Assembly (NCBI GenBank): GCA_964016885.1
Contig: OZ024741.1
Coordinates: forward strand, 279,186,001-279,250,000
Length of the DNA: 64,000 nucleotides
Reading direction: 5' to 3'
Origin: Eledone cirrhosa
Taxonomy: Eukaryota
Part shown: one piece after another, positions 1 through 14,800 of the stretch
Position numbering within the stretch: the stretch's first letter is position 1
How the letters are laid out: every line of letters starts with the position of its first letter
Notes under the pieces: model-generated
What the model was told of the DNA's origin: nothing
What the model saw: only the letters and a program-made list of their open reading frames with translations
Databases searched by the model: none
Program-made: the position numbers and the translations under genes

Positions 1-21
1 GTGTGTGTATATGTGTGTATT

Positions 22-52
<31 letters not shown>

Positions 53-67
53 GTATATGTATTTATA

Positions 68-166
<99 letters not shown>

Positions 167-277
167 GTATATATATATATTTATGTGTATATATATGTGT
201 ATGTATATGTATGTGTATGTGTGTATATATATATGTGTGTGTATGTATGTATGTATATGTGTATATATATATGTATA

Positions 278-360
<83 letters not shown>

Positions 361-381
361 ATGTGTATATATATATGTATA

Positions 382-431
<50 letters not shown>

Positions 432-563
432 TATACATATATATATACACATATACATACATACATACACACACATATATATATATACACACATACACAT
501 ACATATACATACACATATATATACACATAAATATATATATATGTGCGTGAAGGAACGTATTTC

Positions 564-615
<52 letters not shown>
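1..615. repeat. Compound (TA)n/(TG)n/(CA)n microsatellite
   Basis: Dinucleotide runs seen directly. The YI/CV-rich ORFs are artefacts of the repeat. Confidence 0.97.
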
Positions 616-621
<6 letters not shown>

Positions 622-800
622 GAAATACGTTCCTTCACGCACAAGGCGCCAAGGTACGCATGTATTGTCCAACCAAATGCCAGTGTGGTTCAATGGCGGG
701 TTAATAAATTAACGAGCCAGAACAAATATAAACAAGGTTTAGCAAATAATGAAAAAGTTTCAAAATAAATTTTAAAAAATTGACTTTACCTACTATAGTT

Positions 801-884
801 ACCTTTACCGATCGGTTTCGAATCCCAAAAATAAAACGGAGACCATACGGCCTTCGTTGCAAAGAAAGATTCTCGTCAGAAGGT
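801..884 (-). ncRNA. Minimal type I hammerhead ribozyme (mirror copy)
   Basis: Exact reverse complement of the HHR at 1128-1211. Confidence 0.8.
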
Positions 885-1127
885 TCTTTTCATTCAAAGA
901 ATATAAAATTCCTGAATTTAAATCACAAACTAGCGCTATCAAAACTGTTCCTGGGATGAGAGTGGATGAAGAAACAGGTTTATCAAGGGCCGTAGCAAAG
1001 ACAGAGGCAAAAGGAGCTACGGCCCTTGATAAACCTGTTTCTTCATCCACTCTCATCCCAGGAACAGTTTTGATAGCGCTAGTTTGTGATTTAAATTCAG
1101 GAATTTTATATTCTTTGAATGAAAAGA

Positions 1128-1211
1128 ACCTTCTGACGAGAATCTTTCTTTGCAACGAAGGCCGTATGGTCTCCGTTTTATTTTTGGGATTCGAAACCGA
1201 TCGGTAAAGGT
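1128..1211 (+). ncRNA. Minimal type I hammerhead ribozyme
   Basis: acctt-CTGACGA-gaatc...gattc-GAAA-ccgatcgg-TA-aaggt. Stems I and II pair, stem III is palindromic, cleavage triplet GUA. Confidence 0.85.
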
Positions 1212-1278
1212 AACTATAGTAGGTAAAGTCAATTTTTTAAAATTTATTTTGAAACTTTTTCATTATTTGCTAAACCTT

Positions 1279-1436
<158 letters not shown>

Positions 1437-1907
1437 GGGCATGTGGGCGTGTGTGTGTGTTTGTGAATGTGTCTGTTGACACCTGGAATATAGCTTAAGA
1501 GAAATTTGAAGATAATGATATGATAGGCACCCAATATGTTGAACTGGTCTATAGAATTCTTTTGGCCTTTGTCACTCTAAGTAGAACTTTAAAGAATTAG
1601 CTTTTAAAGAATTTCCCTTTTCTTTAAATCCTTCAACCATGACCGACCTCCAACCATCTTATAGACACCTGAAATACAGGCATTGTTAGCTTAAGAGAAA
1701 CTTAAAAATAAGGAGTGGCACCCCAATCTGAACTTGTTTATAGAATTCTTTCTGCCTTTGTCACTCTAAATATAAATTATAGCGTTAAAGAATTAGCTTT
1801 TAATGAATTCCCTTTTCTATCAACCAATGACCTCTACCCATCCCACTCCCCACCCTCTCCTACCACCTGAAAAGACCTATATATACCACTTTTATTTTTG
1901 GATACCC

Positions 1908-1954
1908 AGATTCCTGATGATTTCTAAAGAAACAGTTCTAGTCCTGTAGAATCT
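1908..1954 (+). ncRNA. Minimal type I hammerhead ribozyme in the 5' pLTR
   Basis: agattc-CTGATGA-tttctaaa-GAAA-cag..ctg-TA-gaatct. TATA-like site at ~1878-1885 upstream and ATTAAA at ~1962 downstream. Confidence 0.8.
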
Positions 1955-2084
1955 CATCTATATTAAAACCTTTATACTCTGCTATGTATTGAGTACCTTG
2001 CTTACTGTGGTTACCTCCGATTCAACCCGGAATAACGTACCTTTTAGCACTCTCTGTGCCCCTTATAACCATCACCAAGAAACT

Positions 2085-4206
2085 ATGCTGACCAAACTCG
2101 ACCTTGATGTCTCCATTAAGAACATCCCCATTCCTCCAAGGAAACTTTACTTAAAAACCCTCATCAGACGTACCGACGAGTTCATCAAGCGAATTAGATG
2201 GAGAGCCTTCTTCCGCGACAACCCTGATGTAGCATCTACCAATGATGAGAAGTTCGGCTTCAAAATGAATAAGGCACCACCCACCAACAGCCTACTTGAA
2301 CCATTTGAAGAAGACCTCTTCAAGGTGATCAAAGATATCAAATTCCGTAGAGCCAACACACCATTCCAGGCCTACTTAAATACTGAATTGCGGAATATAA
2401 AAAATCCCCTAATCTTCATGTCTCCTCCGATAAAACCAAAAACGTTTATGAGGTAGACCCACCGACCTACAATAAGGTGGCAAAAAATGCCATCACGACC
2501 ACCTACAAAAAGGTAATAGAGATGGCATTGACTGAGACAAACGCGGCCGGAAAAGAAATCGCCAAGTCCCTTAAATTACATGACCGAACCGAACCTTTAA
2601 GGGTAAAGACCCCGCACTTTACCCTGAAGGACCATAAGGGAAACTTCCTCAACAAACCATCAGTCAGATTTATCAACCCCACTCGTTCAGACATCGGCTC
2701 TATCAGTAAGAAGATCCTGGATAGAGTTCTACCATCATTGCGGGCTGCCTCATTACTCCCACTCTGGAGCAGAACATCTGAGGCAATATCCTAGTTCCAA
2801 GATTTACCCGACAAACGCCACACTCGCTTCCTGCAACTCGACATAGAAAACTCCTGAAGGACGCAATTACCTTTGCCAGGAACTTTACCACTATTACCGA
2901 TGCTGAGCAAGTTGTTATCCTCCACGCCCGTAAGACCTTTCTATGCCACGATGGATCTTACTGGATCAACAAGAAGTCTCAGACCCCATTTGACGTCAGC
3001 ATGGGAGCGAGTGACTCGGCTGAAATTAGCGACCTTGTGGGCTTGTACATTTTACATCACCTGAAGAACCTCTTTACTGGCCTAACCGGAGGTTTATACC
3101 GAGACGACGGCCTCTTCGCCCTGCACAAGGTTAACCTCAGAACCACCGATGGGTTTCGGAGAAACTTAAGCTCGTTCTTCTCTAATCTAGGATTTAGTAT
3201 AACTATAGAATCTAATATGACTAGGGCTAACTTCTTAGATGTCACTCTCGACCTAGATACTTCCCTCTACTACCCGTACCACAAACCTAACGAGTCCCTT
3301 AGATATATTAATGTTAATTCTAACCACCCCAAAAACATCACTGATAACTTAGTAAAAAGCGTCTCTATTAGAATCTCTGGCCTCTCTGCCAATGAAGATA
3401 TTTTTAACGCCTCTGCCTCCTACTACAATGACGCCCTCGCCCGCAGCGGATTTAAAGAAAAGATAACCTACCGAGAAATCACCGTAAGACTGCAGAGGAG
3501 GAATAGGCATAGGCAGATTAGCTGGTACAACCCTCCCTTCAACAGAGAGGTCTCTACACTAGCTAGGATTTTCTTCACTTTGCTGAAAACACACTTCCCC
3601 ATACAACATAGGTACTACACCATCTTTAATAAGAACACAATAAGACTCTCCTACTCCACCACACCTAACCTAGCCAGGAATATAGCCAATCACAATTCTA
3701 AAAAATTAAATAAGCCAACCACCTCCGAACCCAATCCCCGAACTGGGGCCTTGTGTAATTGCCTAAATAAGGAAGCCTGCCCACTTGAAAACAAATGCCT
3801 GACAAATGATATCGTATACAAATGCGATGTCATCTCAGGCACCGATGATTGCAACAACAAAAAGACTTACATCGGCATGACTTCCAATAACTTTAAGACC
3901 CGTTGGTATGCCCATACCCACTCCTTCAGCAGACCGGCCAAATCAAACCAGACAACACTCGCCTCCTATGTTTGGGACCTCAAAAGGAACTCCACCCCCT
4001 TCACACTTAAATGGAAAATACTCCAGAAAGCGCGCTCTTACAACGGAGGACACAAGGGCTGCGACCTTTGTATCTCAGAGAGCTACGAAATTGTATTCGC
4101 CAAGGGCCCGCTACTGAACAAATTCTCCGAACACTGCCCGAACTGCATGCACAAGAACTTTGCAACTTTCAAATACCTTAAGCCAGTGTTAATGACCGAT
4201 GGCTAA
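2085..4206 (+). pseudogene. PLE reverse transcriptase + GIY-YIG endonuclease, Naiad-like; 5' part disrupted, 3001-4206 open
   Basis: Motifs FIKRIRWRAFF, TLKDHK..F..KPSVRFINP, FLQLDIEN, FDVSMGASDSAE, GLYRDDGL, NFLDVTLDL, WYNPPFN, CNC..CPLENKC, IVY..YIGMT..FKTRWYAH. Frameshift at ~2410, TAG at 2792, small deletion at ~2850. Confidence 0.88.
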
Positions 4207-4589
4207 AAACTACTTCCCCCTTTTAGCCCCTCTACATCCTTTCCACCCCACCCCCACCCCTCCTCAACCTGAAATACGGCCACTATGCTTATGTGAGTAC
4301 CTCTTACCTATCTGCATTTTTTGCTTGTAGAGCTGTTTTTATGTGCCTGTGTATATGCGTATATTTATGAGTACTTATTTGTATGTATTTGTATGAGTGG
4401 CCGTTTGTTTATATGCATATCGCTGTGTGTAGGTGCGATTACTTGTCCTCTCTGTGTGTATATTTATATTTATTTGTATGTATATATGGTTTTGTGTGTG
4501 TGTATATATATATATGTGTGTATATGTATATGTATGTGTATATATATATATGTGTATATTTATATATATATATATATATATAATATTAA

Positions 4590-5437
4590 GGATACTATTT
4601 ATGGTTATGTATATACTAAAACTTTTTATAGTTATATATATTTTAAACCCTAAACAGTGAAGGTCATTAATTTATTACTACCTTATTACCAGTAAGATAA
4701 ATAGCTCAATGTAATAACATCAGTTGTTCAACAGAAACAACCTGCTCTATAAAATTGGATTAAAGAACACTGAGCCGCAGCAAGCTAAAATAATTTAATT
4801 TAATGCATCAAACATCCAATACGGAATCATCGTTAATTATGTGAAGGATGTATAAACTATATATTACGTTTCTTGAATGTGAAAATGGTTGTGGATACAA
4901 AAACCATAACTTTCTTTTGCTTCTCCTTTATACTATTTTTCTGCACGCATACTTCTGTATCATATACAAAAAATACCTTACCACTACAGCCTCCATAATA
5001 CTCTTACTTACCCGCTTTAAGTGCTTCTATTACATGTAACACCCTGCCGCACAATAATCATATATAAATGAGACACACGTGCATGCCCCACGTGTAACTA
5101 ACGCATAAAATAACTAAAATAACTACTACATCTGACTAACAAACTATCCTCTTGCATTATCTATGTTAACTGCCGATTGTATTTTAATTTTGCTTTGATT
5201 TTGTTTTAATGTGATTTTGATTTTGAATTTGAATTGCTATACAGAAATATAATATAATATATGTCACTCCACTGTACATCAATATATACATATGTATCTG
5301 TATGTCTCTTGCGTTGGAAAGGAGGTCAATCATGTGTACAAACATTGAAAAATGCTCCGAAGACTCCAAGCCTAGGTTTGGATGAAACAATTGTAAGTGA
5401 ATAAATGCTTTGAACATAGCTTTGATTCTTGTGAATT
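4590..5437 (+). mobile_element. Probable PLE 3' end/pLTR fragment
   Basis: Unique segment between TA tracts that ends in an HHR-like motif followed by AATAAA. Confidence 0.5.
5354..5398 (+). ncRNA. Hammerhead-like motif, U4C core variant
   Basis: gct-CCGAAGA-c-tccaagc(ctag)gtttgga-t-GAAA-caattg-TA-agt, then AATAAA. Palindromic stem III; stem I is short. Confidence 0.6.
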
Positions 5438-5442
5438 ATATA

Positions 5443-5498
<56 letters not shown>

Positions 5499-5585
5499 GT
5501 GTATATGTATGTATATGTGTATATATGTGTGTATATGTGTATATATATGTACATGTGTGTATATATATGTACATGTGTGTATATA

Positions 5586-5664
<79 letters not shown>

Positions 5665-5739
5665 ATATATGTATATGTATAAATATATATATATATGTGT
5701 GTGTGTATGTATGTGTGTGTATGTATGTGTGTATGTGTG

Positions 5740-6382
5740 TAAAATACCTATACAACAACTTAGGACAACCCAAGGAAGAAGAAACCAAGAACTGGTCATA
5801 CCATTTATAATGACACACCAGAATATCTTCAACACTGCCAAAGCAAACCTACCGATCATTGCTCAAAGTAATGAATTAAAAGGCTTAATCACAGATCGAT
5901 CTTTGACTCTTAGTAAAAGACAGCCGAAAAATTTGAAGCAATTACTAACAAAATCAAAGTTTGACCTTAACAACAAAGACCAATCATTCACTGTATCTAA
6001 ATGCAATGATAGTCGATGCGGCACATGTCAATCCATACACGCCGGTCAATATATGAAAACAAAAACTGGAAAAATATTCCCAAATGCAAATATGAACTGC
6101 AAAAGCAGAAATCTAATTTACTGCATTAAATGCCCGAATTGTGAAGAACTATATGTCGGTCAAACTGGAAATGCACTATCAGAACGTGCACGAGTACACC
6201 GTCAGCAAATCAGAGACCCAAATGTCCGTCAGATACCCCTAAGTAACCATCTAGCAACATGTGGTCAGGGAATATTTATAATATTCCCATTCTACAAATT
6301 ACACAGCCCAAGTGAAATCAAGAGAAAAATCAAAGAAAAGAATTTTATTGATAAATTCCAACCCAAGCTAAATGAACAATAA
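5740..6382 (+). pseudogene. 5'-truncated Neptune-type PLE: Cys linker + GIY-YIG endonuclease
   Basis: [58 protein letters not shown]. The N-terminus of the tracked ORF is microsatellite. Confidence 0.85.
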
Positions 6383-6764
6383 TAATGCTTAGGGGTATTA
6401 CTTCTACTATGACTATGACTACGACCATGTCGACTACAACCACTAACAACAACAACAATAATAATAATAATAAAAGTGATGTTGATGGTGATGATTACTA
6501 GAAAATGCTATTTTCATCATTTCTAAAAATAGCAAAACAATTGATGCTTTGGATAGGATCAATTAGTGGTCGTTAGACATGCTCAACCAACCGTGACGCC
6601 TAAACCAATCAGCTTTAGTAATTCAGTGAAACTACGTACCGATTGGTCGAAATACAGTTTGCAAAACTTAGCATTCTGGAGCCACTTTTCACTGTATATA
6701 AGGTACAAAATTTACCCATCTCATTACAGTTGAAAATTGCAAACTTGACTGTCACCACACATTA

Positions 6765-6803
6765 TGAACCTGAAGATTGCGAAAGCATGAAAGTACTTGT
6801 TCA
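6765..6803 (+). ncRNA. Minimal type I hammerhead ribozyme in the 3' pLTR of the Neptune-type fragment
   Basis: tgaac-CTGAAGA-t-tgc(gaaa)gca-t-GAAA-gtac-TT-gttca. GNRA-capped stem II, palindromic stem III. Confidence 0.85.
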
Positions 6804-6975
6804 ATTAACACTAAACATTTAATATTCTACAATACTATTTCATTATAATACCATTATAAATTTTAAAGGATTGTAAATAAAACGAGTAAATCAGACAAAG
6901 TTGGAATTCCTCTTATTAATATATATATATATATATGTGTATGTGTGTGTGTATATATATATATGGGGGGGGGGG

Positions 6976-7275
6976 TTGTGAATGTGTCTGTTGACATCTG
7001 GAATATAGCTTAAGAGAAATTTGAAGATAATATGATCGGCATCCAATATTTTGAACTGATCTATAGAATTCGTTTGGCCTTTGTCACTCTAAGTAGAACT
7101 TTAAAGAATTAGCTTTTAAAGAATTTCTCTTTTCTTTAAATCCTTCAACTATGACAGACCCCCAACGATCTTATAGACACCTGAAATATAGGCATTGTTA
7201 GCTTAAGAGAAACTTAAAAATAAGGAGTGCCAACCCAATCTGAACTTGTTTATAGAATTCTTTCTGCCTTTGTCA

Positions 7276-7279
<4 letters not shown>
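6976..7279 (+). repeat. Direct copy of 1461-1768
   Basis: Colinear match (ttgtgaatgtgtctgttgaca...ttctgcctttgtcactct) with scattered substitutions. Confidence 0.9.
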
Positions 7280-7329
<50 letters not shown>

Positions 7330-7494
7330 ATACTTTGGGAGGGTCATGTTTCCAAAAAGAAACACGCGCACCAGTTGCTTTCACTCCAATTTATTATAAA
7401 TTTTTAAAAAAAATTTTTTATTTATAAAAAAAAAAAAATTTATAAATTTCCGGTTGATTGGTTGGTTCCACAACCGGACGGTTGTTCATATATT

Positions 7495-7537
7495 GTCAAA
7501 GTTCTTTCGTCACACATGCTGTGACCTCTTCAGTGAC
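7495..7537 (-). ncRNA. Minimal type I hammerhead ribozyme in a TA-flanked pLTR fragment (7322-7612)
   Basis: Minus strand reads gtca-CTGAAGA-g-gtcac(agcatgt)gtgac-GAAA-gaac-TT-tgac. The fragment also has a 25-bp inverted repeat, 7322-7346 vs 7534-7558. Confidence 0.75.
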
Positions 7538-7610
7538 TCTCCCAAAGTATAACAATATCGGTTTCAACACACGTTTTCAGATAAAGAATCTTGCTAAACA
7601 AATTCAGAAA

Positions 7611-8320
<710 letters not shown>

Positions 8321-8324
<4 letters not shown>

Positions 8325-8550
8325 TATCAAGAAAACGAAAAATCAGTGATGCATCTGGACTTAGTTTATTTCGTGTTACAAATGTTTCGCCGGCATGTAG
8401 CTCGAGTCATGGTCCTTGTAGTCATGCAGAAGTAGAATCAGCCAGATCCATACAAGGACCATGACTCGAGCTACATGTCGGCGAAACATTTGTAACACGA
8501 AATAAACTAAGTCCAGATGCATCACTGATTTTTTGATTTCTTGATAATAT
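8321..8550. mobile_element. Fold-back element, probable pLTR 3' part
   Basis: Arms 8321-8420 and 8451-8550, 30-nt loop. The right arm has GAAA-catttg-TA followed by AATAAA (only the 3' half of an HHR). Confidence 0.7.
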
Positions 8551-8624
8551 ATACACTCTACTCTGATGAATATCGAGTGCTAATTTTGGCATACCGCCTA
8601 CGGAAGCACCATAGCTACCACTAT

Positions 8625-8676
<52 letters not shown>

Positions 8677-8679
8677 TAT

Positions 8680-8874
8680 TAATAATGAGTTCAAAACTCA
8701 GGTAGTCCGTTACAATGAAATAGCTCAAAGAAAGAAGTATTTCTGAGCCGTGTAATACAAGTTAATATAAATTAATATATTTGATAAACACAAATACCAA
8801 CATATCCATGTTTACAATACAAACATGGATATGTTGGTATTTGTGTTTATCAAATATATTAATTTATATTAACT

Positions 8875-8879
<5 letters not shown>
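8680..8879. mobile_element. Fold-back element with unpaired left extension; same family as 38390-38803
   Basis: Arms 8755-8813 and 8821-8879. Shares tagctcaaagaaagaag..ttctgagccgtg..tacaagttaatataaattaat with 38435-38490. Confidence 0.75.
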
Positions 8880-10267
<1,388 letters not shown>

Positions 10268-10479
10268 CAAATAACGAAACGAAATTAAATTTCGTTCCGT
10301 TTGTAACTCACTTTTGTATGACTGACGCTTAAACAATTAAGTCAAAAATGTACATCCACATATGTATACTGAAATACTAGTATGCATATGAATACACACA
10401 CGTATACATATGTAGATGTACCGAGTTTTTCACTGGACACTTTACTGTGAGTGTCCAGCTATTCTGTATGTAAACACAC

Positions 10480-10745
10480 AGACAAACCGGTTTTTAGAGT
10501 CATACTGGTTTTTGAGGAAAAGCGCTGGAAAAGCCACTCCAGCTCGCGGGACTCACACCTGCGGTTGGCCGGCTCAGCACCTATGGTGGTGAGTAGGGAG
10601 TTAGCCCTAGGGCCGAGGACACCAGAAGTCTCCACTGCCAAGGGTACAACCGCAAACCTGTTGGAGATCGACCGATATTTGAAGAGTTTGGCCTCCTCAG
10701 CCCGACGTGCAGCAGAACCTGGGTTAGTCGCAGACTGCACCAGGT
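10480..10745 (-). mobile_element. CRE-like non-LTR retrotransposon fragment (C-terminal restriction-like endonuclease region)
   Basis: GSAARRAEEAKLFKY...VPLAVETSGVLG...IG...RELEWLFQRFS matches the CRE/RLE C-terminal pattern as I recall it. Confidence 0.7.
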
Positions 10746-11224
10746 TGCGGCCGAAGTTTGTGTAGCGAAATTGTATATTGATATTTTCTCGAAAATACGG
10801 TCATTTTGGTCATCCTGTTCAAAAATAATTTAATTTGGGGATCAAAAATCCTGCCAAATTGCCAAATACAGCAGGAAGCCTTCTTTATGTATAAAAGACG
10901 CTACCACCAACTAGCTATCTCTCAACTATTAACAGCTCTAGACAACAGCTGAGATTGGTTCTGGTAGTGACCCTCGTCCCACAGTTGGCCACAGGTCAGT
11001 GACTATGATAAACTGTCAATGTCTTTTACTCTCTCTAGTTTCCTCGCTCACGTTTTTAACTTATCTCCCTTTCCTACACATGATCCATCACAAATCTTAC
11101 ACCGTTTATTGTTCAATCGACAATTTCACTTCCTCGACTCATCAAATATCTGTAATTCATAAGTTTTGCTAAAGATTCTAAAGCAACTTCTCTCATCAAC
11201 TTGTCATGATTATCTTTTACTAGC

Positions 11225-11640
11225 CACGGATGAATGAAGGAATGAAGAGATGATGGATAGATGGATGACTGGATGGTTGAATGGAGGGATGAGTGTGTGT
11301 ATGTATGTGTGGATGGATGGATGGATGGATGGATGGATGGATGGATGGATGGATGGGTGGACTCAGAGAGGGATGGTTGAACAGATGGATTAATGAGTGT
11401 ATATATAGATGGATGGATGGGTGAATGGGTGGATGGATTAGTGTATGTATGGATGGACAGGTGGATGAAAGGAGAAGTGGGTTGGGGAGATGGGTGAGTA
11501 GGTTGGTGGATAAAGGGATGAATGGATGGATGGACGGGTGGATGAAAGGAAAGGATGGATGAAAGGAGGAATAGCTGGGGCGGTGGAATGATGAATGTAT
11601 GGAGGGATAGGCGAAGAGAAGGTTGGTTGAGGGGAAGAGA
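11225..11640. repeat. (GGAT)n and degenerate GA-rich simple repeat
   Basis: Pure ggat run at ~11310-11355 with degenerate flanks. Confidence 0.85.
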
Positions 11641-11869
11641 GGCGTATACCAGGTGTTAGGAGAAATGTATGATTTAACGGTAATTCATAAACAATTCCAT
11701 GAGAGTTAGAGAAAGTGTCAAGTCGAATGTTGTGTTATAGTGAAAGCAATTAGAGGAATTTCGATAGGAATTCAACGTGATAAAATCAATAATACGTTGG
11801 AGTGAATTTCACACTTGGAGCTTGAGTGATTGTAGTAGCTGATTGGATGTGGGAGGAAAGGACGGGATG

Positions 11870-14800
11870 TCTATTGTAGGTGACACTGGCCTAGCTGTAG
11901 TTGTGGGTTATCTACTGTAGGTGACACTACACTGGCTGTAGTTGTGGGTTATCTACTGTAGGTGACATTACACAGGCTGTAGTTGTGGGTTATCTACTGT
12001 AGGTGACACTGGCCTGGCTGTAGTTGTGGGTTATCTACTGTAGGTGACACTGGCCTGGCTGTAGTTGTGGGTTATCTACTGTAGGTGACACTGGCCTGGC
12101 TGTAGTTGTGGGTTATCTACTGTAGGTGACACTGGCCTGGCTGTAGTTGTGAGTTATCTACTGTAGGTGATACTACACTGGCTGTAGTTGTGGGTTATCT
12201 ACTGTAGGGGACACTACACTGGTTATAGTTGTGGGTTATCTACTGTAGGTGACACTACACTGGCTGTAGTTGTGGGTTATCTACTGTAGGTGACACTGGC
12301 CTGGCTGTAGTTGTGGGTTATCTACTGTAGGTGACACTACACTAGCTGTAGCTGTGGGTTATCTACTGTAGGGGACACTACACTGGTTATAGTTGTGGGT
12401 TATCTACTGTAGGTGACACTACACTAGCTGTAGTTGTGGGTTATCTACTGTAGGTGACACTGGCCTGGCTGTAGTTGTGGGTTATCTACTGTAGGTGACA
12501 CTACACTGGCTGTAGTTGTGGGTTATCTACTGTAGGGGACACTACACTGGTTATAGTTGTGAGTTATCTACTGTAGGTGACACTGGCCTGGCTGTAGTTG
12601 TGGGTTATCTACTGTAGGTGACACTGGCCTGGCTGTAGTTGTGGGTTATCTACTGTAGGTGACACTACACTAGCTGTAGTTGTGGGTTATCTACTGTAGG
12701 GGACACTACACTGGTTATAGTTGTGAGTTATCTACTGTAGGTGACACTGGCCTGGCTGTAGTTGTGGGTTATCTACTGTAGGTGACACTACACTAGATGT
12801 AGCTGTGGGTTATCTACTGTAGGGGACACTACACTGGTTATAGTTGTGGGTTATCTACTGTAGGTGACACTGGCCTGGCTGTAGCTGTGGGTTATCTACT
12901 GTAGGTGACACTACGCTGGCTGTAGTTGTGGGTTATCTACTGTAGGTGACACTACACTGGCTGTAGCTGTGGGTTATCTACTGTAGGTGACACTACACTG
13001 GCTGTAGCTGTGGGTTATCTACTGTAGGTGACACTACACTGGCTGTAGCTGTGGGTTATCTACTGTAGGTGACACTGGCCTGGCTGTAGTTGTGGGTTAT
13101 CTACTGTAGGTGACACTACACTGGCTGTAATTGTGGGTTATCTACTGTAGGTGACACTGGCCTGGCTGTAGTTGTGAGTTATCTACTGTAGGTGACACTA
13201 CACTGGCTGTAGTTGTGGGTTATCTACTGTAGGTGACATTACACTGGCTGTAGTTGTGAGTTATCTACTGTAGGTGACACTACACTAGCTGTAGTTGTGG
13301 GTTATCTACTGTAGGTGACACTGGCCTGGCTGTAGTTGCGGGTTATCTACTGTAGGTGACACTGGCCTAGCTGTAGCTGTGGGTTATCTACTGTAGGTGA
13401 CACTACACTGGCTGTAGCTGTGGGTTATCTACTGTAGGTGACACTGGCCTAGCTGTAGCTGTGGGTTATCTACTGTAGGTGACACTACACTGGCTGTAGC
13501 TGTGGGTTATCTACTGTAGGTGACACTGGCCTAGCTGTAGCTGTGGGTTATCTACTGTAGATGACACTACACTGGCTGTAGCTGTGGGTTATCTACTGTA
13601 GGTGACACTGGCCTAGCTGTAGCTGTGGGTTATCTACTGTAGGTGACACTACACTGGCTGTAGTTGCGGGTTATCTACTGTAGGTGACACTGGCCTGGCT
13701 GTAGTTGTGAGTTATCTACTGTAGGTGACACTACACTAGCTGTAGTTGTGGGTTATCTACTGTAGGTGACACTACACTAGCTGTAGTTGTGGGTTATCTA
13801 TTGTAGGTGACACTGGCCTGGCTGTAGTTGTGAGTTATCTACTGTAGGTGACACTACACTGGCTGTAGTTGTGAGTTATCTACTGTAGGTGACACTGGCC
13901 TGGCTGTAGTTGTGAGTTATCTACTGTAGGTGACACTACACTGGCTGTAGCTGTGGGTTATCTACTGTAGGTGACACTACACTGGCTGTAGTTGTGGGTT
14001 ATCTACTGTAGGTGACATTGGCCTGGCTGTAGTTGTGGGTTATCTACTGTAGGTGACACTACACTAGCTGTAGTTGTGGGTTATCTACTGTAGGTGACAC
14101 TACACTGGCTGTAGTTGTGGGTTATCTACTGTAGGTGACATTGGCCTGGCTGTAGTTGTGGGTTATCTACTGTAGGTGACACTACACTGGCTGTAGTTGT
14201 GGGTTATCTACTGTAGGTGACATTGGCCTGGCTGTAGTTGTGGGTTATCTACTGTAGGTGACACTACACTAGCTGTAGTTGTGGGTTATCTACTGTAGGG
14301 GACACTACACTGGTTATAGTTGTGAGTTATCTACTGTAGGTGACACTGGCCTGGCTGTAGTTGTGGGTTATCTACTGTAGGTGACACTACACTAGATGTA
14401 GCTGTGGGTTATCTACTGTAGGGGACACTACACTGGTTATAGTTGTGGGTTATCTACTGTAGGTGACACTGGCCTGGCTGTAGCTGTGGTTTATCTACTG
14501 TAGGTGACACTACACTGGCTGTAGTTGTGGGTTATCTACTGTAGGTGACACTACACTGACTGTAGCTGTGGGTTATCTACTGTAGGTGACACTACACTAG
14601 CTGTAGCTGTTGGTTATCTACTGTAGGTGACACTACACTGGCTGTAGCTGTGGGTTATCTACTGTAGGTGACACTGGCCTGGCTGTAGTTGTGGGTTATC
14701 TACTGTAGGTGACACTACACTGGCTGTAATTGTGGGTTATCTACTGTAGGTGACACTGGCCTGGCTGTAGTTGTGAGTTATCTACTGTAGGTGACACTAC

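Noticed and set aside
805-1207. Mirror-image 116-aa ORFs on both strands
   Set aside because: A consequence of the palindrome. They have non-ATG starts and no recognisable domain.
2085-4206. Selenoprotein-type Naiad
   Set aside because: No in-frame TGA at Cys positions in the open part. The disruptions are a TAG, a frameshift and a deletion.
7551-7590. Second minus-strand HHR (CTGAAAA..GAAA)
   Set aside because: C3-A8 mismatch and unconvincing stems.
8563-8620. CTGATGA heptamer as another HHR
   Set aside because: No downstream GAAA, stem III or stem I pairing.
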